From Diadema antillarum (taxonomy: Eukaryota), in contig NW_027271750.1 in NCBI RefSeq assembly GCF_040938485.1, positions 1 to 64,000 of the forward strand: 64,000 bases of DNA, read 5' to 3'. The notes beneath the pieces were generated by a model. That model saw nothing but the letters and a program-made list of their open reading frames with translations, ran no database searches and was not told the origin of the DNA. How positions within the stretch are numbered: the stretch's first letter is position 1; each line of letters starts with the position of its first letter. The translations under genes and the position numbers were made by a program. Shown piece after piece: positions 63,826-64,000 of the stretch.

Positions 63826-64000
63826 TTGGTGGTAGGGGTGCGAAAATTTGCTTAGGCCGTTAGCCTACTGGGTATCTGAGCTGAGGATCTTTATCTCTTT
63901 TTTTTTTTTTGCTGCCGCTAAGATGGAAAATATCTACCTGTTCTTGTCATCACATACAGCCTGCATGATCACCGAGTGCCATCCTTTGCGGTTGAAATAG

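Noticed and set aside
63626-63835. Poly-Pro ORF near the window end (and similar ones at 18690-19093, 44603-44818)
   Set aside because: Produced by C/G homopolymer runs in repeats.

Overview
Eukaryotic genomic DNA, very probably an echinoderm and most likely a sea urchin: H4 has Cys73, H3 has Glu81, and the H4 stem-loop is followed by CAAGAAAGA. No CRISPR or prokaryotic features; two N gaps. Host genes: a divergent histone H4/H3 pair with full 3' processing signals; an intronless ELOVL6-like elongase; a 9-exon cathepsin A-like serine carboxypeptidase (460 aa, all splice phases close); a 2-exon secreted PAN/apple-like protein with an Asp-rich tail; a 4-exon single-pass Sel1-repeat membrane protein; and a BTB-BACK-Kelch gene with one coding exon. 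Mobile DNA: a structurally complete DIRS1-type retrotransposon (413-5336) 95 bp downstream of the H4 processing signal, whose recombinase carries three clustered +1 insertions; LINE remnants; many MITE and foldback elements; a back-to-back tRNA-SINE dimer; inverted Penelope-like ends with hammerhead-like cores around the second gap; and decayed SAP, YqaJ-exonuclease and TatD fragments at 59-63 kb. The most unusual structure is 45.7-51.1 kb. There a foldback element has as its spacer an identical copy of 307 bp found 4 kb away, and an adjacent ~1.16 kb tandem duplication doubles the Sel1 first exon and the putative Sel1/Kelch bidirectional promoter. All identities come from motif recognition by eye; no database search was run.
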